Source: the human T2T-CHM13v2.0 reference genome, Homo sapiens
Length of the DNA: 64,000 nucleotides
Assembly: GCF_009914755.1 (NCBI RefSeq)
Contig: NC_060930.1
Strand: one strand, 5' to 3'
The stretch's first letter is position 1, and each line of letters starts with the position of its first letter. The notes below the pieces were generated by a model. That model did no database searches, was not told the origin of the DNA, and was given only the letters and a program-made list of their open reading frames with translations. The translations under genes were made by a program, and so were the position numbers. Shown piece by piece: positions 39,011-51,689 of the stretch.

Positions 39011-42000
39011 TGCCATCTGGATTGCCAGAGGGAACACATTGGTGGCCCAAGGGAGGAATGTTTTGGCAGATTTTATGAGGATGAAGCCAAACTGCCACCC
39101 TCGTGGCCAAGATGGCCTTGATCCTGTCGCAGGAAAGTCCCTTCTGTGCTTGGTAGAAGAATAGTACTTTTTTCACCCTGTTCCCCACACTGTTGCATTA
39201 AGCATGCTAAATAGCATCACCCCCTTCCTCATCTATAGGAATATTAATTTTAGGCTTTGTCTTGCTGTCACAATATTTTAACTAATTTTTCCTAAGTTCT
39301 TATCAGGTACATAATGGACATTCTAATTAGAAAAAAACCATCCGTATGCCCTAAACCTTACCTCTGAGGGTATCTTCATAGTGAAGAAGTTTCTATTTTG
39401 CCAGAAAAAAAGCGATACTTATAAAATAAATGTTTTCTCTTTTACTACTTAGTAGAACCAATACATAATGGAATTTTAGTTTCATTTCATAAAATATTTA
39501 CTCTGTAAGCAAATTAAAGTGACTTTTTTTAAACAAAAGAAGGTTGCTGTATTCACCATTGAATCAAATCTTTAGATTTCCAAATTAGTGAACTAATTCT
39601 GTGAAATAATCATCTTATTCATAGCTATTCAAATCTTTCTGGATAATTCGTTCTGTTTCCCAGGTATCGGCACAATCATAGGCTCATAAACAGAACTCCA
39701 ATGCGTTGTTTCTGTTTCTCTTTGTCATGTGATTTAGGGTTTATTTTTGTTTGTCAATTTAAATTCTAAGAATCTAGATCTCAGTGTCTCCTTGAAAGAA
39801 TACTTTATTAAGTACTACCTATTTGTAATATGTTTCAATGTAGACTAACCAACCCAATAATGAGTATTTGGTAAAGCAATAGGAAACTTTGCAGTAACTA
39901 CAACAAATATACGTCATCATACTCTTTGTGGAGATGACACGCTGGAAATTTCAGGTGGTGCTTATTTTTAAATGTATGCTCTATTTAATGTGTCCCTAAG
40001 TTCTCAGTCTCCAAAATAAATCTAACACGGGCAGCACCCCCCTCCCATCCGCCACACAAAACATGAGCTGTTACACATCCCGAGTAATGAAGTGTATAGT
40101 CGCTTCAGCTTTCTCTTGGCATCCGAGGCTAAGGAGCTAATATTCTAAGAGGTGATGTATTTTAATCCTAATAAGCACCTAAGAATTCATTGAGTGAAAA
40201 GTTAAGGTTAGCAATCAACCTTGGCAAACTGATGCTTATAAATTATACCAATGTGAAATTGTGTTTGAGGTGAGAAACAAGAGTGGGTGCTGAGAGGGAG
40301 TAATAAACCATCCAACTGCAAATGGCGACATTTCATCACACCACTGTTCTCATTGGACATTATTCACAAGCATACTTTTGATTTATTTTTCTCAGTGGGT
40401 CTGTAAATCTCTTTCTTGGAGTGCAAATTGCATGAGTAGTAAGTTCCATGTGCCAGGAGATGGCTTGGTTCATCTCTTAGACCTTGACTTTATTAATAAC
40501 AGCAACAAAAAGAAGAGACCGATACAAGTTATAGAGAACCTCAAAATGAAAAGCAAATTTATTCTAGATTCTACCTTTTTGTTTTATGTGTGTTTTTCTT
40601 TTACTAAACAATCTTATCTGGTAATTTGTTCCATCATGATGCTTTGAGAAACATAGAAACTGGTTATTGAAAAGATCAGATGTATACGTTGATTTTTGTA
40701 AAGATCAGATGTCCTTCCCCTAAGATAGGGTGACTTCTACTGCCATTGTGTTGTAGATCTTGTGCCTGTCATTCTTTCCCTTAAGCTAAATATGCTCTAG
40801 TACTCTCTCTAAGTCTAATCTTATAGTCTGTTAACTAGTTGACTTGTTTGGTGGGGTGTGAAGTACCAAGGAGACCAAGTCTTGGATTTAATGATGACAA
40901 AAGTCAACCTATATTCCACATATGTCCTTATTTCTGTAGAGTCCATTAGGCTTCTTGTATTTGAAGGCCACAGGGTATACCTTTAGGCCACTCAGCCAAG
41001 TTCTTGCCATGAGTCACAAAGCAGAACCAGATGTAAGACCAGAGGGTGAGGACTTCGAGCCCAGCGGGGACCACAGGGATGGTCTGGACCACTTTCCTCA
41101 CCTTACTGATGGTGAACTGAAGCCAAAAGAGGTCAAGTCCCTGTTCGCAGTCATGCAGCCCCTTAGAGTTGGCTCTGGGTGACCACCCTTCCAGTCCAGC
41201 ACTGTTTCTGATACAGTGCGCATGAGCATCTCAGCAAGTATCTCACATCATTTTTGCAAATGAGCAAAACCACACTAATTTAGGGTTCGTGTTCTACCTG
41301 TTCCCAACAGTCTGCTTCCTACTTCCAATGCCAGTGACACTTTGCCAGTCCCATTCATCTTGGGGACAATCCTCAGATGTTCCTTCCACACTCACTCACT
41401 CGGCACTGCTGCTTGCCACACACTGTGCTTTGGTTGCAGGAACAAGGACAGACCTCCACCTGTTGAGAAAAACTATTTCAAAATAATCCTTGCCACCACA
41501 CCACATGTAGCATAAGGAAAATTATAAAGTAATTCCCTTAGACTTAGACTTTGTAATAACCAGCTCAGGAACCAGAGAAACCCCTGCTAGGGTTAGAGGT
41601 GACTTTATTTCACAGATTCCATGGCCAGACGCCAGAGTGATACAGAGAAACTCGGAACGTGGTCACCAGTGGGCCTTCTGGCAGGCCTAGGGAGATTGGA
41701 TCATCTCATTACATCATTTTTAATTATTACCTCTTGACCTCACTCACTTTCTCTCACCACATCATGTACTGGTTTTAATTGGTCAGTAGCCGAAGAGTAA
41801 CAAGCTTACTCGAAATTTCCAACATAGAACATGAAAACTTTGGCTACTGCGAATTCCAAGGTTTTGGATGGCAAAAATCTGGCAATGACTCCAAAGGAGG
41901 GAGAGAGGAGAGAGCAGCTTGTTCAATGGAATAACCTCATTTTAAGGCTGGAGTGCCAAGCTAATTTGTTAAAATTACTATACTCCTTTCTCAATTATCC

Positions 42001-42819
42001 ATCTCAAGGTTTATTTATGTTGTGGATTTGTGATGGTCGCCACATCTCAGCCAATCAAAGTAGGGGACAGGGTCAGGTGCGAAATCAGTAATTCTGTATA
42101 AAGTAGAATTCAGAAAACTGCTAGTCACTTGGATTAATTCAGGGAAGTCCTGTTCAGATTATTGAAAAGATCAAAGTTATGATTTCTTTTTTTGAAGAAG
42201 GGCTATTTGATTCCAACTGAATGTTAGTGTGCCAGTTATTTAACTCTTCTGGGCCTTCCTTATAAATAAGGAGTATAGACAATGATGAAATTAAGGTCTC
42301 TTCTAGGCAGGCATCCTATAAGATTAGAACTATTACTTTGAAATACCTACAGCAACTGGTAATGAGCTGGCAGAGTAGTCCTCACCGCTCAGCTTACTTT
42401 AATAAATAAGCAGCCATGATTTATAGTTGACAAGAGCACCAGCCAAAATCTATTCTCCTTGACTTATAGTTACACTGATTATAAAAAAAAAAAAAAAGAT
42501 AATGTCTCTGGTGCTTAAAAGCATATTATCATAGAGTCTTTAAAACTTGAAAGGATTTTGATTTTATTCTCTACTCTCATTCACAGTTGAGCCTGTGCCC
42601 TGACCTAGGTGTCATCTGCATTTGCTTAAGGAACCGATCACTTATTGATAGGTGCAAATGTTGAAGGGTCAGGTGTCATCAATAAGCATACATTCCAAAA
42701 TCATGAAGTCCTGAATTGATGAAGTTCTACTGCACGGTTCTTTTGGAGTTGTTTATATTAACTTTATCAGGATATCTTCTCTCATCCAAAAGAGATGAGT
42801 GTTATTACGATAAAGGAAG

Positions 42820-42822
<3 letters not shown>

Positions 42823-42862
<40 letters not shown>
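42823..42862. repeat. (TG)20 microsatellite
   Basis: Direct count. Confidence 0.97.
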
Positions 42863-42863
<1 letters not shown>

Positions 42864-45634
42864 TCTAAAAGAAGCCACCCTGGCATATGATTTCTTCCCT
42901 CCTCACATACCCACTTCCAAACATGTCAGATTTACTGCAATCCTTTATCTCAGATGCCTGTACTATAAAGTGGGATAATCCTTATCTTTGCTACTTCACA
43001 GTGAGTAGTGGAGACAAATGAGATAGTAAATAGGAGCATTCTTTGAACTCTTATGGAGAGAGCTTTTAAATACAGACTTTAAAAAAGAGTCAGATAATTC
43101 CAGTGGAAAATTTTGTAGATAATCAATAATGTCCATAAAATGTTACATTAGACCTCACATCTCCTTCACAGAATGGCCTTTGTCCCTGTAGCCTGAGTGT
43201 CTCACAAAATCTCTAACATTTATATCCTGAAAAAGCTCTTCTTCTGTCCCTCCCCTGCCCATGGTGTCTGGGAGGCCCAGTCTAAACCATGTCTGGGTGG
43301 CAAGGTCTTTGTTTTCTTCTTATTAAGCTCTGGGGGTTTGATTGTAGCTCTCCCCTACTATAAAAGCACCTTTCTTTTCCTCTAGGGTTTGGGGATGGAT
43401 TGATATATTTACTTCTAGTTATCCTGGGGTTCCTTTTATTATTCTGTCTTATTTCCATATGCAGGAGCATGATAGAAGTATTTATTGGACTTTGTTTTAC
43501 AAACCAACCAATAAATTGATTCATTAAAACTTCATTAATTTAAGGAAATTATATTTAACCCACATTTTCTAGGGTTCTAGGGCCAATGATTTGTCATTTG
43601 AACTGGCTAGGGTTAGGTTTTCAGGCTGTGGTCATAAAATAAAGCGGGGGGAGGGGGGGGCACATGTCCTTGACCTTGGCTCCAGTCAGTCAAGTTGGTC
43701 AGTGCCACCATGTGTACTTCCATGAGAGCTTGCTGCAGGTACCTAAGTTTTTCAGAACTGAGACTGTTCTCATCTGGCCACTTAATTTGGAGGAAGATAT
43801 GTATCTCAGTTCCAGAATGTAGTAACGAAGGCAAAAATGAAGCAAAATATTTCTAAATTGATGCTCTCTCCTGCACAAATGAATAGTATTCGTTCACTTT
43901 GGGTGGCTTGGCATCAACTTTTTAAGACAGCATTTATTAACTTGAACCGAATCCTCTTAAAAATTTTCTTGCATAATTTCCAAACTGCTTTGTTTACTGT
44001 TTTCTTGAAGACCAGTCCTCTTGTTTTTGGCATTGGCTGATACTATTGGACTTCAATCCAGTGCTTCATCGCTGAGCGGTGACGCACTGAGAAACTCGAT
44101 AGAGAAGCACCTGCAGTTAGTGACGCTCGGGTGGACTCTGCCAGGCTGGATCTGAATAAATCCTTAAGAGCAAACCCAGGTGAACAGGAAATCATTTCCT
44201 TCTGGTCAACATTGAGCTCTGAGATCCATAGTGATCAAATGCTGAGGTCCAGGACAGTTGGGTGCTGCCAAGTCACGTTTCATCCACAGGCTTGGCATCA
44301 CCTTGTGACCTCAGTGGGTTCTGTGAAATAGCTCAGGGGCTGAAGAAGTCTGTCCAGATAATAGAGTAGTGTCAGAGAAAAAATTTCCCACCACTTTTCC
44401 CTCCCAGTCTGGGAGATGTGTGCCAAATTGGGGTGGGTGGGAAGCTGAAGTGGCTTGCAGAATGCAGCATGAACACAGATGCCTTCTGCCTCTTTGCAAG
44501 GTTTATGGAGAACTGAGACATGGGGGTGCTGCTCATGATTTAGTGGGCTCCTGAGCCACAGTAGACACAACAGATGTTGTTCTTGTTGGCAGAAGCAACG
44601 GCCTGATATCAAGCAATATGGGGTGCAGATGGTCCTATACTACAATTGATGAATCCGGTCAGCTTGCTCTAGGTCAGGGAGACATAGGCACTGCCCAGAA
44701 ATTCATAGAAGGCCCCTTCTGTCAGGGAGATGTGGAGTGCCCCCAGCCAGACAGAGATCCAGAGGGTACATTCCAAATCTGCTTCCTGAACACAGAGGAC
44801 CTGCCAACAGGCCATTTAGAAGGCATTTGGTGGAATGCTCAAGAGAAATGCAGCCTGGATGAGAACCTTATGTGAGCCATTTAATTTGCTACCTAACTCA
44901 GTTCATCTCTTTGTGTCTGTTATTAAAGAAAAAGCTCTAAAGAAAAGCTTACAGATATTTTGGATTTAAGAGAAGAGTATGATTGATTATATAACGGAGC
45001 CCAATGGGAAGAGTGTCTTATTTGATGTTTTCCCTCATTCAGTCATTAAATGTTAATTGAGGACCTCTGTTCTCAGCACCAGCTATGATGGTAATGAAAC
45101 AGGTATGATCCCTCACCTCTCCCTTGAGGCCCATTCAGTCATATGATGGAGCAGCATTCAGAGACCAATGATGGGCCCAATAGCTGTTCTTTATTGAACT
45201 GTTTCCCAGACGTTGTAATCCTCACAAGTAAGGGGTTTCTAATAAGGCAGTCAAAATTAATGGAACAGGCCCACCGTTCAGCATGACACTAGATTTGTGG
45301 CGGGATTGAGTGAGGACAACACTATTTGATGGGCTTGCATCAGGGAGGGAGGAAGACAGGGCAGTCACTTGATGAGGAGGGATGGGTGCTGCCATCAGCA
45401 ACAACCTATGCACCTTCTGAGCAGGTCACTGAAAGGAGAGGAAGGTGGCAGTGTCCTTGGATGGACTGAGACTTGTCCTTTGATTGTCACCTGACAGTGA
45501 AGGGTTTCCTCATCCCAGAGAGACATTCTTAGGCAATTGCCTTCTTTCCAGATGGTGAGACTGAGTAGGTCTGGGGCCCATCTGGCCTTCTGGCTTAGAG
45601 CTGAATATGCGGTAGGGAAGGAGGGGGTCAGACA

Positions 45635-46125
45635 CTCATTTATTCGTTCACCGAATGCTCATAGAATGCCTGCTCCCTGCAGGTGCTGTGGGATACAACA
45701 GATGCTAAGAGAGATATGGTTGCTATACAGATGAACCTTTCTTTCCAAGGAGGGAGACAAAAGCAAATCAACCTGGGAAGAAAAACACTTGAAGTTGTGA
45801 TGGGTGCTAGGAAGGAAGCCTGCAGAGGCTTGAATGGGAAAATAGTAGACTCGGGATGGGGTTGGCCAGGGCAGGTCCCTTCCTCCCAGGGAAGAGTGGC
45901 GCAGGCAGAGGGAGCAGCGTACATCCACCTCAAGGTAGAAAGACCGTGACTGGCTCAAGCTTGGCTAGAGCATCCGTGGTCAAGAGCAGTGGGACAGGTT
46001 GGGGAGGGAGGTGACGGCCAGATCATTGAGAGTTTTAGCTTCCTTGAAAAAAAGTCTGGGTTTGGTCCAACTCAAATCCACTGAAGGGTTTGAGCATAGC
46101 TGTGATGTCATCCTAGACACCACTA
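45635..46125 (-). mobile_element. L2 3' portion
   Basis: ctcatttattcgttcaccgaatgctcatagaatgcctgct...aggtgctgtgggatac. Confidence 0.65.
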
Positions 46126-46450
46126 CCACATTAATGGTCTCTGTGGGTTATGATACAACACTCAAATCTTAGGGGATTCCCCACTGCCTTCTCGTTGGCA
46201 TCAGCTTGTCTTAATCTTTCATTTCTTCCCATCCTGCACCTTAAGCTCTAACCTAATGGCAACCTCTACTCCCTACACATTCACAGTCTACTTCAAGCCT
46301 TTGTCCATGCCACTGTCTCCACCTACAGAAAACTCCCCACCCTGCAAGGCCTGGTTCACGTGGCATCCCCTTCACCATGCCTCTCTTTTGTAGTTTTCTC
46401 GGCCCAGATGTGATCGCCCTTCTCTGCCAGCCCTTTGTAACTTATGAATA

Positions 46451-46632
46451 CCGCTATATTTCATTGATTTCAAGATGCACCATTTTTTTTTCACATTTAA
46501 CTTGCGAAATCAGGTCGGGCCTAACAATTGCTAGTGTATTGTTTAATTGGCCATGCTTTTCCTCTCTTAGCAGTTACATAAATGAACGCTGCATTTTACT
46601 ATCACTGGCATATTAGATTGGATGAAATATGG
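46451..46632. mobile_element. MER104-like Tc2/mariner MITE
   Basis: TA-ccg..tatttcattgatt..aagatgcac...gattggatgaaatatgg-TA: imperfect TIRs with TA TSD. Confidence 0.75.
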
Positions 46633-47985
46633 TAATTAATTTTTACCAGGTACTACAGTAATCAATATAATTGCATTTTCCCCTCTTGAAATCAGATCTC
46701 TGAGCATAGGAGCACATGGTCCCCCTTTCAGTATCCCAAGGTAAGCACACTTTTTGACATGCAAAGTTGGTGCCCTCCAATGAATATAAAATGCTAAATG
46801 AGAGGAAAATGTGCAGGAAACAATAAGGGATTTGTTCCAGCTGGATCTGACACACTAAATTGGAGCATTATAAGAGATGGAAATGTCTAGAGTGGGATGA
46901 GTGACCCGTTTAGTAGTAAGCCCAAATGTCAAGCTAAGGAATTCTGATCTCTCAAGGATTATCCCACACTGTAAATTGCAGGCAAAGCCATCGGGTAGGA
47001 AATTAAAGCAGAGGTTAAAGTAACTTTTTTTTTTTTAAACTCTCACTTAAAACTTACATATTTTTAAAAATTACCTCCTCTTCTCATTAGCCATCTGGCC
47101 ATGCAAACTGGCTTTCACACTCCTTTCTTTCTTTCTTTCCTTTGCTTTTTTCTTTATTATTCAGTAGAGGTGCTGGTTTATACATAGTGATTGTCAGGAC
47201 AGAGTTTTCAGGCAGCTCTATGACTATTGGGACCAGTCGCCAAAGTCCTTCATTTAAATGACCAATTTCACATTCAGTCTGGACTTCAATGGGGATGAAG
47301 ATTTTAGAACCCGAAGACACATGGGTAATGCTGGAAGTCTTTTTCTCTTTCCCTATGAATGGAAAATTCATTCATTCATTTAGCAAACATCTGGTGTCTT
47401 TTACGTGCCAGTCACAGTGCTGGGTTTGAAGAATACACAGATAAAAATATGCTCGGTCCCTTCACATAGCTTCTATTCTAAACACAAGGAGAGTTTGTTA
47501 GTAGATTATTTCTACAGTGTCATGTATAGATGTATAGACTACCTTCTGTACTGGATTGGTTTAAATTAGATGATTTCCATGATGGGACTAGAGGATTTTA
47601 AGAATATTTTCCAACGCTTTCTACAACTGATTTTTTTTTTTCTTAGTGTATTAAAAAACACAGCCATTGCACAGAAATAATCTCCCACTTTCCAACCAAC
47701 CTGATGCTTGTAAACTCCCTCTCAGGTCACACCAGAGGGACGAAATCATTTATAGAAAGCAAATTACTATTAAATCCTAAGCAATTTTATTGTTGAAAGT
47801 TTAACCCTATTTATATAATACTGTCATTGATGTGATGTAAATTTCTTTGCCCATTTCAATGTTTTGTCCCTAGTCTACAGATTCTATTAGATCCAGTAGA
47901 CAGTGACGTGAAGGATTATGAATCCTCCCTGAGGTCTTTTCCGTGTAAAAGAGCTCTGTTGGTTGCTCATCTTTCATCTTTTCAG

Positions 47986-48085
47986 TGCAGCCAGAATAAT
48001 CGCTGAGCTCACTGTCCGTATCTTATACAATGCGGACTTCATAAATGTTATCTTTTGGATTACAGAGCTGCACACTGACACACAG
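47986..48085 (+). other. Candidate 100-nt cassette/cryptic exon
   Basis: ctcatctttcatcttttcag| ... CAG|GTATGT; one frame open throughout (AARIIAELTVRILYNADFINVIFWITELHTDTQ). Confidence 0.4.
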
Positions 48086-49956
48086 GTATGTGAAGAGATC
48101 TGTATCTATTCAACACACACACGATTATTATCTTGGTTGTAGTCACCTTAAAAAGTAGAATGAAATTTGTGTTATTTTAATGAGAGATACTGAGATGCTG
48201 CTATTCTTTGTGGTTTTCTATTAGGTTCATTTAAAGAAGCAAGCCTGTCCTGCTGTCTTATTTTAATGGTTTAGGACGGATGGAATTTTAATTGTATAGA
48301 TGCAGCAGATCCTTTGGAAGGAAACCGGATCTACCCCATTAGAGTTTCATAGAGGTTTCAGATAACAGAAATGAATGTGAATCAACTAGCGCCTATTTCA
48401 TTATGACTGGGGAAAACAAACAGTGTCAATATTTGGTACAAGAGCTCTTCCGTTTTAAAAGAGCAACTTGTAAGAGCCATGTAAGGCAAAATAAAACCTC
48501 ACAAAGAGAATTCTGAGGGTCGGTAGAGATGATAAAATACTCTAGCACAGAAATCAAAAGACCATTAAAATCTTAAATATGCCATGATTTGAAAAACGTC
48601 CCAGTGAGGCTTCCCACAGTAAGCGAGGTCATCATAGAAGGCACGTTTGAATCTGTTTATCTCGGGTTGGAATGACACATGACTGCAGCCACATTCAGGC
48701 TCATTACTGCTGAAGTGTGAAGTGTCCACTTGGAAAGAATGCATTCTTTCACACATAAAGATTGCTGCATTCTGAGATGTGGGGTCAGCAATGTGGTTGG
48801 ATGTTTTTTAGGAGATTAACATCGAACATATTTTCTACAAAGCCTGCTCAACAAGTTAACCACTTGGTGCCAGCCTCCTGGGGGCCCCGACATGGGGCAA
48901 GCACTGCTCTGGGGATTTCCAGCATCCTGAGACTTTCCCTCACCCTCACACATAGCAGATCAGGGTCTTCAAGTGCAGGTGACACATACATTGTGATCCA
49001 CCTCAACCTGATGAAATTGATTTCTCTTAGTACCTATTGCTTCTACATGTGAATAGGCAATCTATAAGTTACATTCCCTGTGTCCCATTTTTAGGATTAC
49101 TAACCAGCTGATTGCCCATGTGAGGACATCTTTATGAGTGTTTGCATTATCCTGGTGAGAATTTATGTAGCTCTTCTAATGTGTAAATTGCTAAACTTTT
49201 TCTTCCCCTACCTGAAATTTTGACTTACATGTGTATGGCTTTTGTAATTGCGTGAATGTATTCTATTGGCTATTGATGGTTTCTCTGATTCTAGGAAACA
49301 CATACTTCTGCTGATCCTGACAACCAGAAAAAACAAAAACAAAAACAAAAAAAAACAAGTGATTTAAACAAAGCAAGTACAAAGTCATTACAGAGATTTC
49401 TTTTTTTTTTAGTATGGACTATTCTTAGTTATCTTTTTCTTTTCTTGGGTTGGATAATTTTAAATATTTTATACATCCTAATGAAATTAATATTTTCCAC
49501 TTAAAATAGCTTATCTTGTTGAACTGTGATTGGATTGCTAAATAATTTTTAAAAGAAGATTAAAGTTTCATGCCTTGTCAAGAGGCCAATTAATGTAGCA
49601 CAGCTAGGCAGGTAGGAAAGAAAAACTTCACCTGTCACAAGATAGGAATGTGTTGGTTGATACTCCCTGTCTTCCTTTGAAATCATACCATCGAAATGAA
49701 AGTTGTCCCTAGTTTTAATAACCTCCTGACAAGAGGATTCCACTGTTTCTCTGCTATCCCATTTCAATATTTAACAACTTTCTAAAAGTCTGAGCATCTC
49801 TTGCTTCAGATTGTCAATTTTTCTGTTATTGTTAGGAAACAGAGGGTCATTCTCTTACGTAATACTCTCCTTATGATTGTGGTCGGGGAAGAGAATGGTG
49901 CCCCACAGGAATCTTAGACCTCCTGTTCCATCTCCATCCTTTTGATATACAAAGGG

Positions 49957-50455
49957 CAGCAGTTCTCAAAGTGTGGTCCATGGACCAGCAGCATCAGCAT
50001 CTCCTGGGACCTCGTTGTTTTTTGTTTGTTTGTTTTTGTTTTGTTTGTTTGAGACAGATTTTTGCTCTTGTTGCCCAGGCTGGAGTGCAGTGACGCACTC
50101 TCTGCTTATTGGAACCTCCACCTTCCAGTTTCAAGTGATTCTCCTGCCTCAGCCTCCAGAGTAGCACAGGCCACCACACCCGGCTGATTTTTGCATTTTT
50201 AGTAGAGATGGGGTTTCACCATGTTGGCCAGACTGGTCTCGAACTCCTGACCTAGTGATCCGCCCACCTTGGCCTCCCAAAGTGCTGGGATCACAGGCCT
50301 GAGCCCACGCGCCCGGCCGGGACCTTGTTTAACATGCACATTTTGGGGCTCCATCCCAGACCTACCAATTCAGAAACTCCAGGAGCGGGTCCCAGCAATT
50401 TGTGTTTCTACTGGCCCTCCAGGTGGTTCTAATGCATGCTAAGTTTGAAAACCCT
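49957..50455. mobile_element. MER5A split by an Alu insertion
   Basis: cagcagttctcaaagtgtggtccatggaccagcagcatcagcatc...ccctccaggtggttctaatgcatgctaagtttgaaaacc. Confidence 0.85.
50017..50318 (-). mobile_element. Alu (AluS-type) inside MER5A
   Basis: (TTTG)n tail; TSD gggacctcgtt/gggaccttgtt. Confidence 0.93.
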
Positions 50456-50562
50456 TGTTATGTTGGAGGTTAGAGTCAGTCAGAAAGAAGACAGAGCAAT
50501 TCAAACTACCCAAAGAGGAATGGACAGCCTTCACCTTCCATTACACTTCAGGTACACTTTGA

Positions 50563-50959
<397 letters not shown>

Positions 50960-51371
50960 TTAAATGTTAAAAGGAAAGAAAATATGCATATAAAGAGATT
51001 GCACTTAAAATTAGTCAGCTTGTACTTTGGTTGGTAGAAAACAAACTTCTGCAAAATCTGAAGATTTACTGATAGGTGGATGAGGAAGTATTTCTGAAAT
51101 GTGTTAACCACTCATTTCATTTACCAGAAACTGCTCAGAGCCTCTTGGGGGGGCGATCATTGCAAACTTAACAAAACCAATCGCCTGACATTTCTGCATT
51201 GCACATAACTTCTTAAGACTGCCAGTTCTGAATTGTCCATTTTAAACTTTGCATTTATTCTTAGGACATGGGAAGTCTAAAGAAGATTTGGATGTTCCCC
51301 GAAACGCTTTCCTTCTTCATTTCCAACTAGCACCAAACTTTTGTCTGATTTTATTTACCTTCAAAAAGTTA

Positions 51372-51689
<318 letters not shown>

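Noticed and set aside
48565-48756. Protein-looking 63-aa minus-strand ORF
   Set aside because: No recognisable homology or splice context, and the length is expected by chance.
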